Below, in pieces: positions 48,615-59,390 of a stretch of DNA of 64,000 nt (positions are counted from its first letter, which is position 1; every line of letters begins with the position of its first letter). The notes under the pieces were generated by a model, which ran no database searches, was not told where the DNA came from, and saw nothing but the letters and a program-made list of their open reading frames with translations. This stretch comes from an uncultured delta proteobacterium (GTDB taxonomy: Bacteria > Myxococcota_A > Polyangia > Polyangiales > JAFGIB01): NCBI GenBank assembly GCA_963778655.1, contig CAVZVA010000010.1, forward strand, positions 64,001-128,000, in the 5' to 3' direction. The translations under genes and the position numbers were made by a program.

Positions 48615-50183
48615 ATGTCGCAAGTTCAGAGTGACCCGGCATACCGTGAAGCCGTCAGGACCGGGACGTACGTGGGGTATTGGGCAGCGCGCTCGCCCAA
48701 CGTACCTGCTGTGATCGGCAAACAAGGCCGCCTGAGCTTTGGCGAGCTCAATGCGCGCAGCAACCGCTTCGCCCGACTGCTGCGCGACCGCGGCATGAAG
48801 CCGGGCGACAACTTGGCGCTGCTTTGCCACAACTGCTTCGAGTTCGTCGAAACAGCGATGGCGACACGTCGCATCGGCGTGCGGCTGACGCCGATCAACT
48901 TTCACCTTGGTGCGGACGAGGTGGCGTACATCCTGCGGGATTGCGACGCCAAGGTGTTCGTGTCCGCAGCGCGCTTTGCTGATGTGGCCGCGCGCGCGTC
49001 GCAAGGCATTGCCGAGCTCCACACGCGCATCGCGCTGGACGGCGACATCGCCGGGTTCGAACGCTTTGGGCCGCTGCTCGAAACGTACTCCAGCGCCGAC
49101 CTTCCCGATCCCGTGCTCGGCGTCAGCATGCTGTATACGTCGGGCTCGACCGGCAAGCCCAAGGGTGTCGCGCGTCCGTCTGCGCCGCCTGGCGCCGTGA
49201 CGTCGCGGATCTCCCGCGGGGAGTATCGCGCCGGCGAGGATCTGCACCTGTGCACCGGGCCGCTCTATCACGCTGCGCCGCTCGCCTACTCGCTGATCAT
49301 GCCGCTGCTGGCCGGCGCCGGTGTCGTGTTGATGGACGGCTGGGATCCCGAGCGTTCGCTTGCTCTGATCGAAGAACACGGCATCACCCACACGCACATG
49401 GTGCCAACCATGTTCCATCGGCTGCTCGCATTGCCTGAAGAGCGACGCAAAGCTTTCAAAACATCGAGCTTGCGGTACCTGCTGCACGGCGCAGCGCCGT
49501 GTCCCGTCGACGTGAAGCGTGCGCTGATCGAATGGTTGGGTCCCGTCGTGGTCGAATACTACGGGGCGACCGAGGGCACCGGCACGTTCGTCGACAGCGA
49601 GACCTGGCTCCGCAAACCGGGCACGGTGGGACGGCCCGAACCCCGAGATCAGATCAAGATCCTGGACGATAGTGGCGCGGAGCTGCCGCCGGACGCAGTG
49701 GGAACCGTGTATCTGAAGTCCCCTGCCGCGACGCGCTTCACCTATCACAAGGATGCCGAGAAGACCCAAGGGGCGTTTCGCGGCGACTACTTCACCGTGG
49801 GCGACGTCGGCTATCTGGATGCCGATGGCTATCTGTTCCTTACGGACCGCAGCGCGAATCTCATCATCTCGGGCGGAGTCAACATTTACCCGGCTGAATG
49901 TGACGCGGTGCTGCTAACCCACCCTGCGGTGCACGACGTCGCGGTCATCGGAGTGCCCAACCCGGAGTGGGGCGAAGAGGTCAAAGCAGTCGTCGAGCTC
50001 AGGCCTGGCTATGCGCCCGGCACCGAGCTCGAGCACGAGCTGATCGAGCACTGTCGAGCCCGGCTCGCGCACTACAAGTGTCCTCGCAGCGTGGACTTCG
50101 TCACGAACCTTCCGCGTTATGACAGCGGGAAGCTGTCAAAGCACGCCCTGCGCGAGAGCTACCGCCGCGTCACGCAATCGTGA
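48615..50183 (+). CDS. Acyl-CoA synthetase (AMP-binding)
   Basis: [55 protein letters not shown]. Confidence 0.93.
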   Translation: MSQVQSDPAYREAVRTGTYVGYWAARSPNVPAVIGKQGRLSFGELNARSNRFARLLRDRGMKPGDNLALLCHNCFEFVETAMATRRIGVRLTPINFHLGADEVAYILRDCDAKVFVSAARFADVAARASQGIAELHTRIALDGDIAGFERFGPLLETYSSADLPDPVLGVSMLYTSGSTGKPKGVARPSAPPGAVTSRISRGEYRAGEDLHLCTGPLYHAAPLAYSLIMPLLAGAGVVLMDGWDPERSLALIEEHGITHTHMVPTMFHRLLALPEERRKAFKTSSLRYLLHGAAPCPVDVKRALIEWLGPVVVEYYGATEGTGTFVDSETWLRKPGTVGRPEPRDQIKILDDSGAELPPDAVGTVYLKSPAATRFTYHKDAEKTQGAFRGDYFTVGDVGYLDADGYLFLTDRSANLIISGGVNIYPAECDAVLLTHPAVHDVAVIGVPNPEWGEEVKAVVELRPGYAPGTELEHELIEHCRARLAHYKCPRSVDFVTNLPRYDSGKLSKHALRESYRRVTQS

Positions 50184-50314
50184 GGCTTTGCTAACTGACC
50201 GATCACGATTCGGGAACGGCCATGCCGACTTCCTCTTCGGCTTCCTGCGCAGCTTTTTTCGAGGCCGCCAGGCCCTGTTGCTGGGGGCCTCGCGCTGCGT
50301 CAGCAACTCGCCGC

Positions 50315-50715
50315 ACAAAGCTCTTCGCTTGCGACTTCATGACGCAGTACACCGCACTGTTTACGACCGTGTATGTGTTCATCGTGATGGAGGTCAGCAC
50401 GCGTCGCATCGCGCACTTCAACGTGACGACCAACCCGACGATGGACTGGGTGAAGAACCAGATTCGCGATATCGCTGCCTTCGATCGCAAGCCGCGATTT
50501 CTTCTCCACGACAACGACGGCATCTTCGGGCAATTCGGCCGGCTGCGAGACGGCTTCCGCTGTCAGCTCGACCGCTGGCTCGCGACGACGATGGCCATCG
50601 AAGGCCTGCCCACACCGTACGGCGATCCGAATGCGAATCCGCACATCGAGAGATTTCATCGCACGCTGCCTCAGGATGCGCTCAACCATTTCATTTTCCT
50701 GAACGCCGGACACGT
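50315..50715 (+). mobile_element. Integrase-core (rve, DDE) transposase fragment
   Basis: FACDF, HDNDGIFG, PNANPHIERFHRTL..DALNHFIF; N- and C-termini missing. Confidence 0.85.
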
Positions 50716-50961
50716 TGGGCGGGTTTCATGGCCTTTGGACAGCTCTCAGCCGGCCTACGGGAGGCCGTGTGAGTCTTCAGTTGGGCTGCATTGGCGAGGC
50801 TGCAAGCTCGGGTTGGTAGCGGCGCGATGGCGACCAGCCGGCCCTGTTGGTGACACCTCATCCCATCTGGGTCCGGCGCCCTCGACGTGAGCATGTGCTC
50901 ACGCACCAAAATTGACACTGCTACGGGTGGGCCTCGGCTGGCTATCCATAAGCTAGAGCCG

Positions 50962-51959
50962 ATGAACGCAGCCCTCCTGATCCACGCCATCGTGCGCCAG
51001 ACCACTGTGCTGATCGCGGTGCTGGCTACCGCATCGGGTCAACGCGCACAGCTCTCCTCGATTGCGAGCCTGGTGTTCGCGGATCTGGTGCGCGAGCTGC
51101 GCGAGCAAGGTCTCGCCAACACGGTGATCGCCGACATGTTCGGGATGGCGCTGCGCACCTATCAGCGCAAGGTCGCGCGCTTGAGCACGAGCCACACGCC
51201 CAGGGCCGGTCACTGTGGGAGGCGGTGCTTACACACATCCAGCACAACGGGCCGCTGCAACGCAGCGAGCTGCTCCGGCGCTACGCGCGCGACGACGAAG
51301 CCACGCTGCGCGCGGTCATCCTGGACCTCGCGGACTCTGGGCTGGTGCGCATCGAGGGAAGCGACGACGCCACCCGCCTCGTCGCCGTGGAAGCCGTGCA
51401 GCCGGACATGGACCCCAGAACGCTCGACGCCATGCTGCTCGTAGCGCCGTAGCGCAGTGGGCCGTTCGACCCGGCAGCGCTGGCCGAGCTACTGCGGGCG
51501 GAGCCAGGCGAGCTCGAAGCGGCGCTTGCGCGCCTGGTGCGCGAGGGCCTGGCGACGGAGCAAACCCGTGACGGCGTCACGCGCTATGGTTGCGAGCGCT
51601 GCGTAATCGAGTTTGGCGACGAGGCCGGTTGGGAGGCGGCCGTCTTCGATCACTACCAGGCCATGGTCGTGGCGCTCGCGAGCAAGTTGCACGCGGGGAC
51701 GCGTCGCGCCGATCTGGGCGACAGCGTCGGTGGTAGCACGTTCGTGTTTGACCTCTGGCGTGGACGCCCCATGCAGGCCGAGGTGCTCGGGTACCTCAGG
51801 TCCGTGCGCGAGCACGGAATCGCGCTGCGCAAGGCGCTCGAGCTGCACAACGCGCGCTCACCGATGCCCCGAGGTGCCGCGGCGCTCCGCGTCCCCGCCT
51901 GCGTGGGGCAAGGGGTGACCGAATCGGAAGGAGACGAAGATGCGCAAACGCTGGAGTGA
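50962..51959 (+). pseudogene. Disrupted HTH-containing putative regulator
   Basis: LLIHAIVRQTTVLIA...IADMFGMALRTYQRK; frameshift near 51200 to GRSLWEAVL; in-frame TAG at 51450-51452; continues GWEAAVFDHYQAMV...GGSTFVFDLW. Confidence 0.7.
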
Positions 51960-53430
51960 GCTGCTCGCCTTCTGCGCCCTGGCGGTGGCCGGAGCGAGCT
52001 GCTCGGCCAACCGCTCGTCGGAATCGGAATTCGGAGGCGAAACCCATTGGCTTGCGGCCTGCGCCGCGGACGACGAGTGCCAGAGCGCGGACCTGAGCTG
52101 CACCTGCGGCACGTGCACGCGCGCGTGCTCGGGCGATGCGGCTGGCGCAGGCGGCGGCGGGGCGGCGTGCGTCGACACGAGCTCGCCGCTGTTGGTGCAG
52201 CGCTGCAAAGGCCGCGGCGCGAGCAGCCTGCCTGCGGTGTGCCTGGCGAGCTGCACCGGCAACGCCGACTGCGGCCGCGGCCGCGCGTGCGTGCAGCACA
52301 CGTGCGTGCCCGCGGCGGTGCCGGACGCGGGGGCTGCGAGCCCGGGCGCGGACGCGGACGCGGGATTGAGCATCAGCGATTTCAACAGCGTGAGCGACAG
52401 CCTGTCCTGGGCCGATGCGGTCACCGTGCCCGCGCCGCAGCTAGCGATCGCGGGCGCGGACGACCGCATCATCGGCACTTGGAACGAGGTGAACTGCGAT
52501 GTGACGCAGGCGAGCAGCGACCCAGCTCCACAAGAGCGCCTGGATGCCCTACACGGCTGCCTGAGCCTTTCGATCGAGCGCGCCGCCTCCGGCGAGGTGA
52601 CAGGCAGCGTGGCCGTGCACCGGCCGGCCTTCGATCCGACCAGGAGTCCCCAATTCGTGAACGGACCGTTTAGCCCTCCGGATCCGGACGTCGGCTACCC
52701 GATTGGGGTCGATCCCGCGGACTACGAGCAGGTCATGGCGGACATGGCGGGCGAAGCTCGCTATCGCATGCTCGACGCCCACTTCGATGGCGTCACGCTG
52801 ACGCTTGCCTGGTCCGGGTACGACCTGTGGCACGACTGGTGTCAGCTGCAAAAGTCTTACCCCTGGGAGGTTGGAGGCCACTCACTCTTCTTTTGCGCGC
52901 CCCAAGACGAGGCCGGGCAGGCCGCCATAGACAGGGGCAAGCTTGCGCTCTGCACCTCGCCTGCCTTTTTGCCCCAGTCCTGTCCGAGACGCTGGAGCCC
53001 GCTGGAGCCCCGGGTGGTGGGCTGCGGTGGCAAGACGCGTGTTGTCATTTTGAAGTACGAAATCGACGGCGCGTCTGGACGGGCCACGCTCGTGGCCGTG
53101 GCTCCGAAACCGCACGAGGGTGATGACTGCCTCCGCAACGCCGTGAGGCGTCTGTGCTTTCGGCCCTTCCGGGCACCGCGCTTCATGGTGATGTTCCCTT
53201 ACAAGGCGAGTCACGGGCGACCGACAACAGTCAAGGCCGAAGGAACCATCACGCCCTCGACTCCCGAGGCTGCGGACTGCCTCTTGTGGGACGGAACCAT
53301 GACGCCGGTGCTCCAAGAAGCCGCGGCAACCCGACGTTGTGCTGGCTGCCTTGGGGGAAGCGGCGCTGATGCGGTGCACACGGGACCGGAAGCCCTCGGG
53401 TCGGCTGTCGCTTCGGCTCACGTTCGATAG
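51940..53430 (+). CDS. Cys-rich lipoprotein, probably chimeric after ~52980
   Basis: AGASC lipobox, GGETHWL.AC, Cys repeats; the C-terminal part switches to an AgmX/PglI(TonB-C)-like segment. Confidence 0.6.
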   Translation: MRKRWSELLAFCALAVAGASCSANRSSESEFGGETHWLAACAADDECQSADLSCTCGTCTRACSGDAAGAGGGGAACVDTSSPLLVQRCKGRGASSLPAVCLASCTGNADCGRGRACVQHTCVPAAVPDAGAASPGADADAGLSISDFNSVSDSLSWADAVTVPAPQLAIAGADDRIIGTWNEVNCDVTQASSDPAPQERLDALHGCLSLSIERAASGEVTGSVAVHRPAFDPTRSPQFVNGPFSPPDPDVGYPIGVDPADYEQVMADMAGEARYRMLDAHFDGVTLTLAWSGYDLWHDWCQLQKSYPWEVGGHSLFFCAPQDEAGQAAIDRGKLALCTSPAFLPQSCPRRWSPLEPRVVGCGGKTRVVILKYEIDGASGRATLVAVAPKPHEGDDCLRNAVRRLCFRPFRAPRFMVMFPYKASHGRPTTVKAEGTITPSTPEAADCLLWDGTMTPVLQEAAATRRCAGCLGGSGADAVHTGPEALGSAVASAHVR

Positions 53431-53733
53431 CGCTGGCGTCGTGGTTTCCGCGGAGCTTTGAACGGCGTCCTGTTCGACGCCGTACGCGATTGTCTGCTGC
53501 GTGAAGCGCAGACCTGGAGATGGCCCGGCAAACGTGGGGGGAACATTGACGTGATCATCGACATTTCCCGTCCTCGAGGGCGGATCCGTGGTTTCCGCTT
53601 TACGGACCCTTGAGGGCCCGACTGCAGAGCTCGACGAGCAAGCGAGCGCGCTGACCGCGCTGCTCTCTGGTCGCCGCCGCCCACGTCCGCGCACCAAGAC
53701 CAAGGCCAGGGCCGATGCGCTACCGGTGCGGTA

Positions 53734-54099
53734 TCATGTGGACGTGCAGGAGACCTGACGCGTGCTGGCGAGGGCATGGAGCGGAAGCGAGAAACGTAGG
53801 TTATCGAAGTATCGCGGACCCCATTTGCCGGAGGGTCCGATGCCCGAAAGCTCGATCACCACCCCGCGGCTCGTGTTGCCGGCTTTCGCCGGGGCCAATA
53901 CCTCAGCCCGACGAACAATCCGTGCCAGCGCTACACCCGAGCCAGCGCTCGTCGCCGCAAGCCCCTTGCGCCGAAGGTAGCTCGACCACCACACCAGATT
54001 CTTCGCCGAGTAGCCCTTGCCCTCGCAGAACTCCCGCGACCGCTGGCCGCTCGCACGCCACTGCCGCACCCGATTCGCCCACTCTACTGCTTTCGTCAT
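53734..54099 (-). mobile_element. IS66 TnpA-like accessory gene remnant
   Basis: EWANRVRQWRASGQRSREFC...L.WW...LR...VVIEL; no tnpB/tnpC. Confidence 0.75.
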
Positions 54100-54174
54100 G
54101 CACCACAGCGTGTGGCGTGAACGACGCCGCAGCTACACGGAGGCGTGAAGCGGATACACCATCCCAAGGGATGG

Positions 54175-54569
54175 CGCTCACGGCGCGTGCCCATGACGAA
54201 CCGACTCGCAGCGGCGCTGCGGGACAACCGCCACCTGCGCGGCGAGCGCGTGCTCTACCGTAACGATGGCAAGCCGTTCACGCGGCAGACGCTGCGCAAG
54301 CTCCTGATGCAGGCGGAGCCCCGCGCGGACCTCGCGCCCAAGGGCGCGGTCCACAAGCTGCGCCACACGTTTTGCAGCCAACGATGCGGGACGCACCCGC
54401 TCGCGCCATCCAGGAGCTCGCCGGTCATCGCGACCTGGCGACGACCCAACGCTACATGCACCTGTCGCCAGCGGCGACGCAGAGCGCAATCCGGTTGCTC
54501 GAAGACCCGGCCGCGCTACCTGGCCGTGGAGACATTCTGGAGACGGGCGGAGTCGCCCGAGAAAGCTGA
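54175..54569 (+). pseudogene. Tyrosine integrase C-terminal fragment, frameshifted
   Basis: RRVPMT..L, VHKLRHTFCS / MRDAPARAIQELAGHRDLATTQRYMHLSP. Confidence 0.88.
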
Positions 54570-54589
54570 GGCAAATCGGCTAGATAGCA

Positions 54590-54632
54590 GAGCGGGAGAA
54601 GGGATTCGAACCCTCGACGTCAACCTTGGCAA
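54590..54632 (-). mobile_element. att site: 3' half of tRNA-Gly(GCC)
   Basis: Minus strand TTGCCAAGGTTGACGTCGAGGGTTCGAATCCCTTCTCCCGCTC has the anticodon loop, T arm and acceptor 3' strand; the 5' half is absent. Confidence 0.85.
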
Positions 54633-54822
54633 TAGCATTAGGTTCCCGGAATCATTCGCAAAACCAGCAATATCAACGCGGCTCGCACACGGATGGGCCA
54701 CGTACGGGAACACAAGATCACGAAGCCAGGAGTCGAGCCGTTGGGCTGCGTTGGGTCCGGGAACGGGGAGCAAGCCACCGCGTCCTGACGACGGCACGCG
54801 CTCTGGTGCTACCATGTGAGTC

Positions 54823-55059
54823 ATGGCGGAGGAACGTACGCGGGAGCAGCGGCGAGCTGCACGGGCTTCGTGGCCGGTGAACGCGCATCCGCTCGGCGAG
54901 GAGCCCGGCGACACGCTCCTGGCGGCCACGACGGTGCAGCAACGGCTGGCCATGGTCTGGAGGCTCACGCAGGATGCCTGGGCGTCCGCCGGCCGTCGCA
55001 TCCCCGAGTACCGTCGAAGCGAAGCACCCGGGCGCGTGATCCGCTCTGGCGATGTCTGA
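54823..55059 (+). CDS. Small hypothetical protein paired with a nucleotidyltransferase
   Basis: 78 aa, TVQQRLAMVWRLTQDAW...PGRVIR; overlaps the next gene. Confidence 0.7.
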   Translation: MAEERTREQRRAARASWPVNAHPLGEEPGDTLLAATTVQQRLAMVWRLTQDAWASAGRRIPEYRRSEAPGRVIRSGDV

Positions 55060-55525
55060 GGGGCCCGACCTCAACGAGGACTTCCGCGACATGCTGGAAG
55101 CGCTCGTCGACGCCAAGGTGCAGTTCTTGATTGTGGGCGCCCATGCATTGGCCGTCCACGGTCTGCCTCGCGCAACGGGCGACATCGACCTGCTAGTCAA
55201 GCCCACGCCCGACAACGCGACACGCGTCATCGAAGCGCTTCGGGCCTTCGGCGCACCGATCGATGCCCACGGTCTGTCGAGCGCGGACTTCACGACACCC
55301 GGAACCGTTTACCAGGTCGGCTTGCCTCCACGGCGAATCGATCTACTCACGGAAATCACTGGCGTGCCCTTCGATGAGGCCTGGCGCGACCGCGTGCACA
55401 CCACCATCGCGGGACTCGAGATCGACGTGCTCGGGCGGCAGTCCCTGTTGCGCAACAAGCGCGCGACGGGCCGGCCCAAGGACTTGGTTGACGTCGCTGC
55501 ACTGAGCGAGGACGACGAAGGGTAG
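55052..55525 (+). CDS. Minimal nucleotidyltransferase (DUF6036-like)
   Basis: LIVGAHALAVHGLPRATGDIDLLV, RIDLLTEITGV, NKRATGRPKDLVD. Confidence 0.85.
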   Translation: MSEGPDLNEDFRDMLEALVDAKVQFLIVGAHALAVHGLPRATGDIDLLVKPTPDNATRVIEALRAFGAPIDAHGLSSADFTTPGTVYQVGLPPRRIDLLTEITGVPFDEAWRDRVHTTIAGLEIDVLGRQSLLRNKRATGRPKDLVDVAALSEDDEG

Positions 55526-55718
55526 CGAGCCGCGCGGCCGCGGCTACGGCGCTGAGGATCGCGTATTGGTGCCATGTGGCTGACCACTCTGATCCGAGGA
55601 ACACGCGCGACGTGCTCACCACGGCGGCCGCCGGCCTCGTCGTGTCCCACTATTCGATCGAGGGTCCGCGGCGGACGGTAAGAAGCATTGACGCCCCCCT
55701 CGGGTGGTCATCATAACG

Positions 55719-58280
55719 CTACTTCTGCGACACCCCCCCACGGCTGCGCGGCGATACCCCCCCACGGCTGCGGCGACGTCTCACGTCACGCCCGTCGCTT
55801 GCTTGCCGAGCGCGAGCGTCCGCTTCACCGTGGCCACGCTCGGCTTGGTGGCCCGCCAGCCTGCGGGTCGCCAGCGGCAGCAACAGGTAGCAAGCCGCGC
55901 CGACCCCCAGCGTCACGGGCACGCCCCACACCATCGAGCACGCCAGCGCGAGACCGCTCGCGCACACGCCGAAGGCCCCGTTGATCCCCCACAGCCACGG
56001 CCCCAGCCGCGGCGCGGCCCCCGTGCGCGCTGACTCCATCTGCTCGCACAGGCGCAGCCCCAACGGGAAGCACAACCCCATCGCCAGCGACGGCAGCAGC
56101 AGGATGCCCAGGCTCACCGCAATCCGCACCGGCACCGCGGCGTCCTGAAACGGCCGCATCGCCGGCAGCGCCAGCAGCGACGCGAGCGCGACCAGGAGCG
56201 CCGGCAGCAGCGGGTACAGGCGCGCCCAGAGCGGATCGGCCAGCGGCACCCGCGCGCTGAGCAGGCTGCCCACGCCGGTGAACGAGATCAGCCCGCCGAG
56301 CAGCACCGCGAGCGCCAGGGTGGGATGACCGAGGAACACGCTCAGCCGCGAGAGCAGGCCGATCTCCACGAACATGAAGCCGAGCCCGATCAGCGCGAAG
56401 TAGCCGAGCGCCGCGGCCACGTCGCCCCTCGGCAGCGCGCACAGCTCGGACCATCGCGCGCGCATCGGCCACAGCAGCGCCAGCCCGGTCAGCAGTAGGC
56501 TCACCAGCATCGTGTACAGGAGCGACTGGGAGGCGGCGAGGTTGCCGAGGAAGCGCAGGTCGAGCTTGTCGATCTCCTCGCGTCCGAGCAACCAGCTGCG
56601 CGGCCGCAGCATGTTGAAGAAGAACGGGCGGTCGTCGCTGGGCGGCGAGAGATCGAGTAGCTGCGCGTCGGCGAACTGCGCGAGCGCCTGGGGCGACGGC
56701 TGCGCGAGCAGCTCGCGCAGCAGCGGCTGATCGGGCAGCGCGCGCGGCGTCGCCAGCAGGCCGAAGCCACGCTGCGCGGCGACGCGCTCGATCAAGTCGA
56801 GGTCGGCCGCCGAGTACGGGCTGCGGCACAACAGCAGCGTCGCCACCAGACCGTTCTGCAGCACCACAATGTGCGCGCGCGGATCCTTCGCCCCGCTCTC
56901 CCACAGCGTGGCGAGCGCGAGCGAGAGCATGCGCGCGGTCTCGCCCGGATTCTCGGCGTAGTAAAAGCGCGATACCGAGAAGATGCCGCGCTTGGTCAGC
57001 CGCCGCATGAACGTGTGCCACGCCTCGAGCGTGTAGAGCCCGTTCTCGGAGAGGCTGTAGGCGCCGGTGCCGGTGGCCGCCCAGGTGTCGGTCAGCGACA
57101 TCGCGATCGCGGTGTAATGCCGACGATCATGGGCGAGGAAGCTGCGCGCTTCGTCGTGGACCAGGGTCACGCCGGGCAGATCGGCGAGGCCCGAGAAGCT
57201 GCGCAGGAAGCCGGTGTGCGCATCGACGATCAGCCCGTTCAGCTCGACGCCCACGACCGGTTGGTGACCGGCGCGCGCGGCCGCGAGCACGTCGCGGCCG
57301 CCGCCCACGCCGATCACCGCCGCAGGGCCGTGCGGCCGGATCTGGTGCACCGCCGCGGTCAACTCATAGTCGAGATAGGCGTGCGCTTTGAGCCCCGACC
57401 CGAGCTCGCCCATCACCGTGCCGGCGATGCCGTCGATCACCAACTGGCGCTGCCTGAGCGGCGCCATCACCGTGCGGGGCGCGTTCCGGCCCATCGCCCA
57501 AAAAAAGGGCGGACCGGTGACCACCTTTTCGATGCTGACGCGTGAGTAGCTGTTCCAGCGTATCGAGTCGAAGTGCGCGACGTCTTCGTGCATGCCCTTC
57601 ACCCACGCGGGCCGTAGCGGCGGGAAGGGCTGGCTCGCGTTGGCGAGCGTGAGGCCGAGCAGGCCGAGTCCGACCCAGACCGGCGCGCGCAGCTTGCGGC
57701 CCGCCGCGCCGGCGAAGAGCGCGGCGGCGAGCGCGGCGAGCGCGGCCGCCAGCAGCGCCGCGCTTGGCGCGTCGAGCAGCGCGAGCACCGGGATCACCAG
57801 CGCGCAGCCGCTGGCAGCGCCGAGCAGATCGACGCCGTACGCGCGGCCGGCCGGCAGCCCCGCCCGGGTCAGGGCGAGGGTCAGCGCGACCCCGGCCATC
57901 GCGAACGGCAGCGCCAGCGCGAGCCCGTTGCCCATCAGCGCGACGAAGTCCATCAGGCTCGCCCCCTGCACGAGCGGGTACGCGAGCGCGAGCGCGAGGC
58001 AGAGGGGGATCACCAGCGCGAAGCCCAGCGCGCTCTCCGCCAGCCGGCGCGGGACGTCGGCGGCGGTGAACCAGCCGGGCTGCAGGAACACCAGCACCGC
58101 CCCTGCCGTCAGCCCGAGCATGGCGAGCGAGATCACGAAGAAGGCCAGGTAATACCAGGCCATCACGCTGGTGATGCGAGTGAGCAAGACCTCCAGCATC
58201 AAGGTGGCGAGCGCGAGCACGAAGATGCCCGCATAAGTGAGCGCACTGCCACGACCGGACGCCTGCGAAGGAAGCGACAT
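55719..58280 (-). CDS. Multi-TM membrane protein with a spermidine synthase-like SAM-binding domain
   Basis: LMLEVLLTRI, YGVDLLGA, WNSYSRV, VIGVGGGRDV, GVELN, DEARSFL, ENGLYT.EA, DDRPFFF, WLWGINGAFGV. Confidence 0.88.
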   Translation of the reverse strand: MSLPSQASGRGSALTYAGIFVLALATLMLEVLLTRITSVMAWYYLAFFVISLAMLGLTAGAVLVFLQPGWFTAADVPRRLAESALGFALVIPLCLALALAYPLVQGASLMDFVALMGNGLALALPFAMAGVALTLALTRAGLPAGRAYGVDLLGAASGCALVIPVLALLDAPSAALLAAALAALAAALFAGAAGRKLRAPVWVGLGLLGLTLANASQPFPPLRPAWVKGMHEDVAHFDSIRWNSYSRVSIEKVVTGPPFFWAMGRNAPRTVMAPLRQRQLVIDGIAGTVMGELGSGLKAHAYLDYELTAAVHQIRPHGPAAVIGVGGGRDVLAAARAGHQPVVGVELNGLIVDAHTGFLRSFSGLADLPGVTLVHDEARSFLAHDRRHYTAIAMSLTDTWAATGTGAYSLSENGLYTLEAWHTFMRRLTKRGIFSVSRFYYAENPGETARMLSLALATLWESGAKDPRAHIVVLQNGLVATLLLCRSPYSAADLDLIERVAAQRGFGLLATPRALPDQPLLRELLAQPSPQALAQFADAQLLDLSPPSDDRPFFFNMLRPRSWLLGREEIDKLDLRFLGNLAASQSLLYTMLVSLLLTGLALLWPMRARWSELCALPRGDVAAALGYFALIGLGFMFVEIGLLSRLSVFLGHPTLALAVLLGGLISFTGVGSLLSARVPLADPLWARLYPLLPALLVALASLLALPAMRPFQDAAVPVRIAVSLGILLLPSLAMGLCFPLGLRLCEQMESARTGAAPRLGPWLWGINGAFGVCASGLALACSMVWGVPVTLGVGAACYLLLPLATRRLAGHQAERGHGEADARARQASDGRDVRRRRSRGGVSPRSRGGVSQK
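55727..55777. repeat. Direct repeat with 24-bp period
   Basis: GCGA(C/T)ACCCCCCCACGGCTGCG twice plus a partial GCGAC. Confidence 0.7.
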
Positions 58281-58531
58281 CGATGGGGCGGAACGCTAGC
58301 CGCGATCGAGGCAGCCTGGCAATCATCGTTGCAGGTTGCGTGGGCGATGAAGGCGCGTTGAACATTCCGCCGCGACGGAAAGGGGCCGGAAAAGGGCCGC
58401 CAGGCCGAGCTGTCAGCGGGTGAGCGAGGTCGACGGGGGTGGAAAGTGGTGCTTCGTACCGGCTATGCGCCACCCTGGGACAGGAACCCGGTGCCCAATC
58501 ACCCCTTCATCAGCGACGCGTTCCCGGGTAA

Positions 58532-58642
58532 GCGGATGTCGCGCACCGTCATCCCGCGTGCATACATCGAGAGGATCTTGTCGTCGAACCCGTCGAAGTG
58601 GCGCTGGTGTTTGGGGATCAGCTGCGGCTCGAAACTGCCGTC
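58532..58642 (-). mobile_element. IS256 family transposase fragment
   Basis: Hand-translated [37 protein letters not shown]. Confidence 0.85.
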
Positions 58643-58751
58643 CCCCTGGGAGATGCGCCGCGTTTCGCCCGCGCCCAAACCGATGCATTCCCGAATGCCT
58701 TCGTTCCCTCGACAGAGGGGGCCCGTTCGCTTCTGGCGCTTGTCCCCGCAC

Positions 58752-59126
58752 TCACACGCGAAACAGGCGTACCGCCGGGAAGCAGCGCCGCAGGCGTTCG
58801 AGGTCTTCGATGTCGGAGGTGAAGACAGCGTCCCCGCGTTGCGCGGCCGAGGCCATGACGATGGCGTCGATCGCAGTCGCTCCTGTGACGGAGGCGAGCG
58901 CCTCGCCCGCGATCTTCGCGAGCCGCGCGTCGACGGGCTCCACGCTGATGCGCGCCAGAAGCAGACGTGAGCGCTTGGTGTCGGCGCGCCACCACTCCGT
59001 GATGACGGGCGCTGGCACGGTGATGACGGCGCGTCGCTCCTGTGCGGCGAGCAGGACGGTGCGCATTCGCTTCTCGCCGCGCTCGAGAGCGATCAGCGCG
59101 CCCGTATCGAAGGTGAGCGCAGCCAA
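58752..59126 (-). CDS. PIN domain (VapC-like) toxin
   Basis: [41 protein letters not shown]. Confidence 0.88.
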   Translation of the reverse strand: MAALTFDTGALIALERGEKRMRTVLLAAQERRAVITVPAPVITEWWRADTKRSRLLLARISVEPVDARLAKIAGEALASVTGATAIDAIVMASAAQRGDAVFTSDIEDLERLRRCFPAVRLFRV

Positions 59127-59129
59127 AGG

Positions 59130-59390
59130 TCAGCCCGCGGACTTCCGGCGCGTCGCTTTGCGTCTGGACGTCCAGCCAAGCTCGGCGTGTACGGCTTCGA
59201 CGTCCGCCGCGGTGATGTCACCCGTGCCCAGCTCCGCGAGGAGCCTCATGCCGGCCTCGGCCTGCCGCTGCCGCAGCAGCGCTTCGGAGACCACGGCCGA
59301 CAGGCTCGTGCCCCGCAGCCGAGCGCGCTTGCGCGCCCAGGCCAGGTCTTCCCGGCTGACCGAGACGCTGACCTTCTCCGCCATCGACAT
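59130..59390 (-). CDS. Ribbon-helix-helix antitoxin
   Basis: AEKVSVSVSREDLAWARKRA...SLSAVVSEAL; directly upstream of the PIN gene. Confidence 0.8.
   Translation of the reverse strand: MSMAEKVSVSVSREDLAWARKRARLRGTSLSAVVSEALLRQRQAEAGMRLLAELGTGDITAADVEAVHAELGWTSRRKATRRKSAG

Noticed and set aside
54590..54632. Functional tRNA-Gly gene
   Set aside because: The D arm and 5' acceptor strand are missing; it is only an att-type fragment
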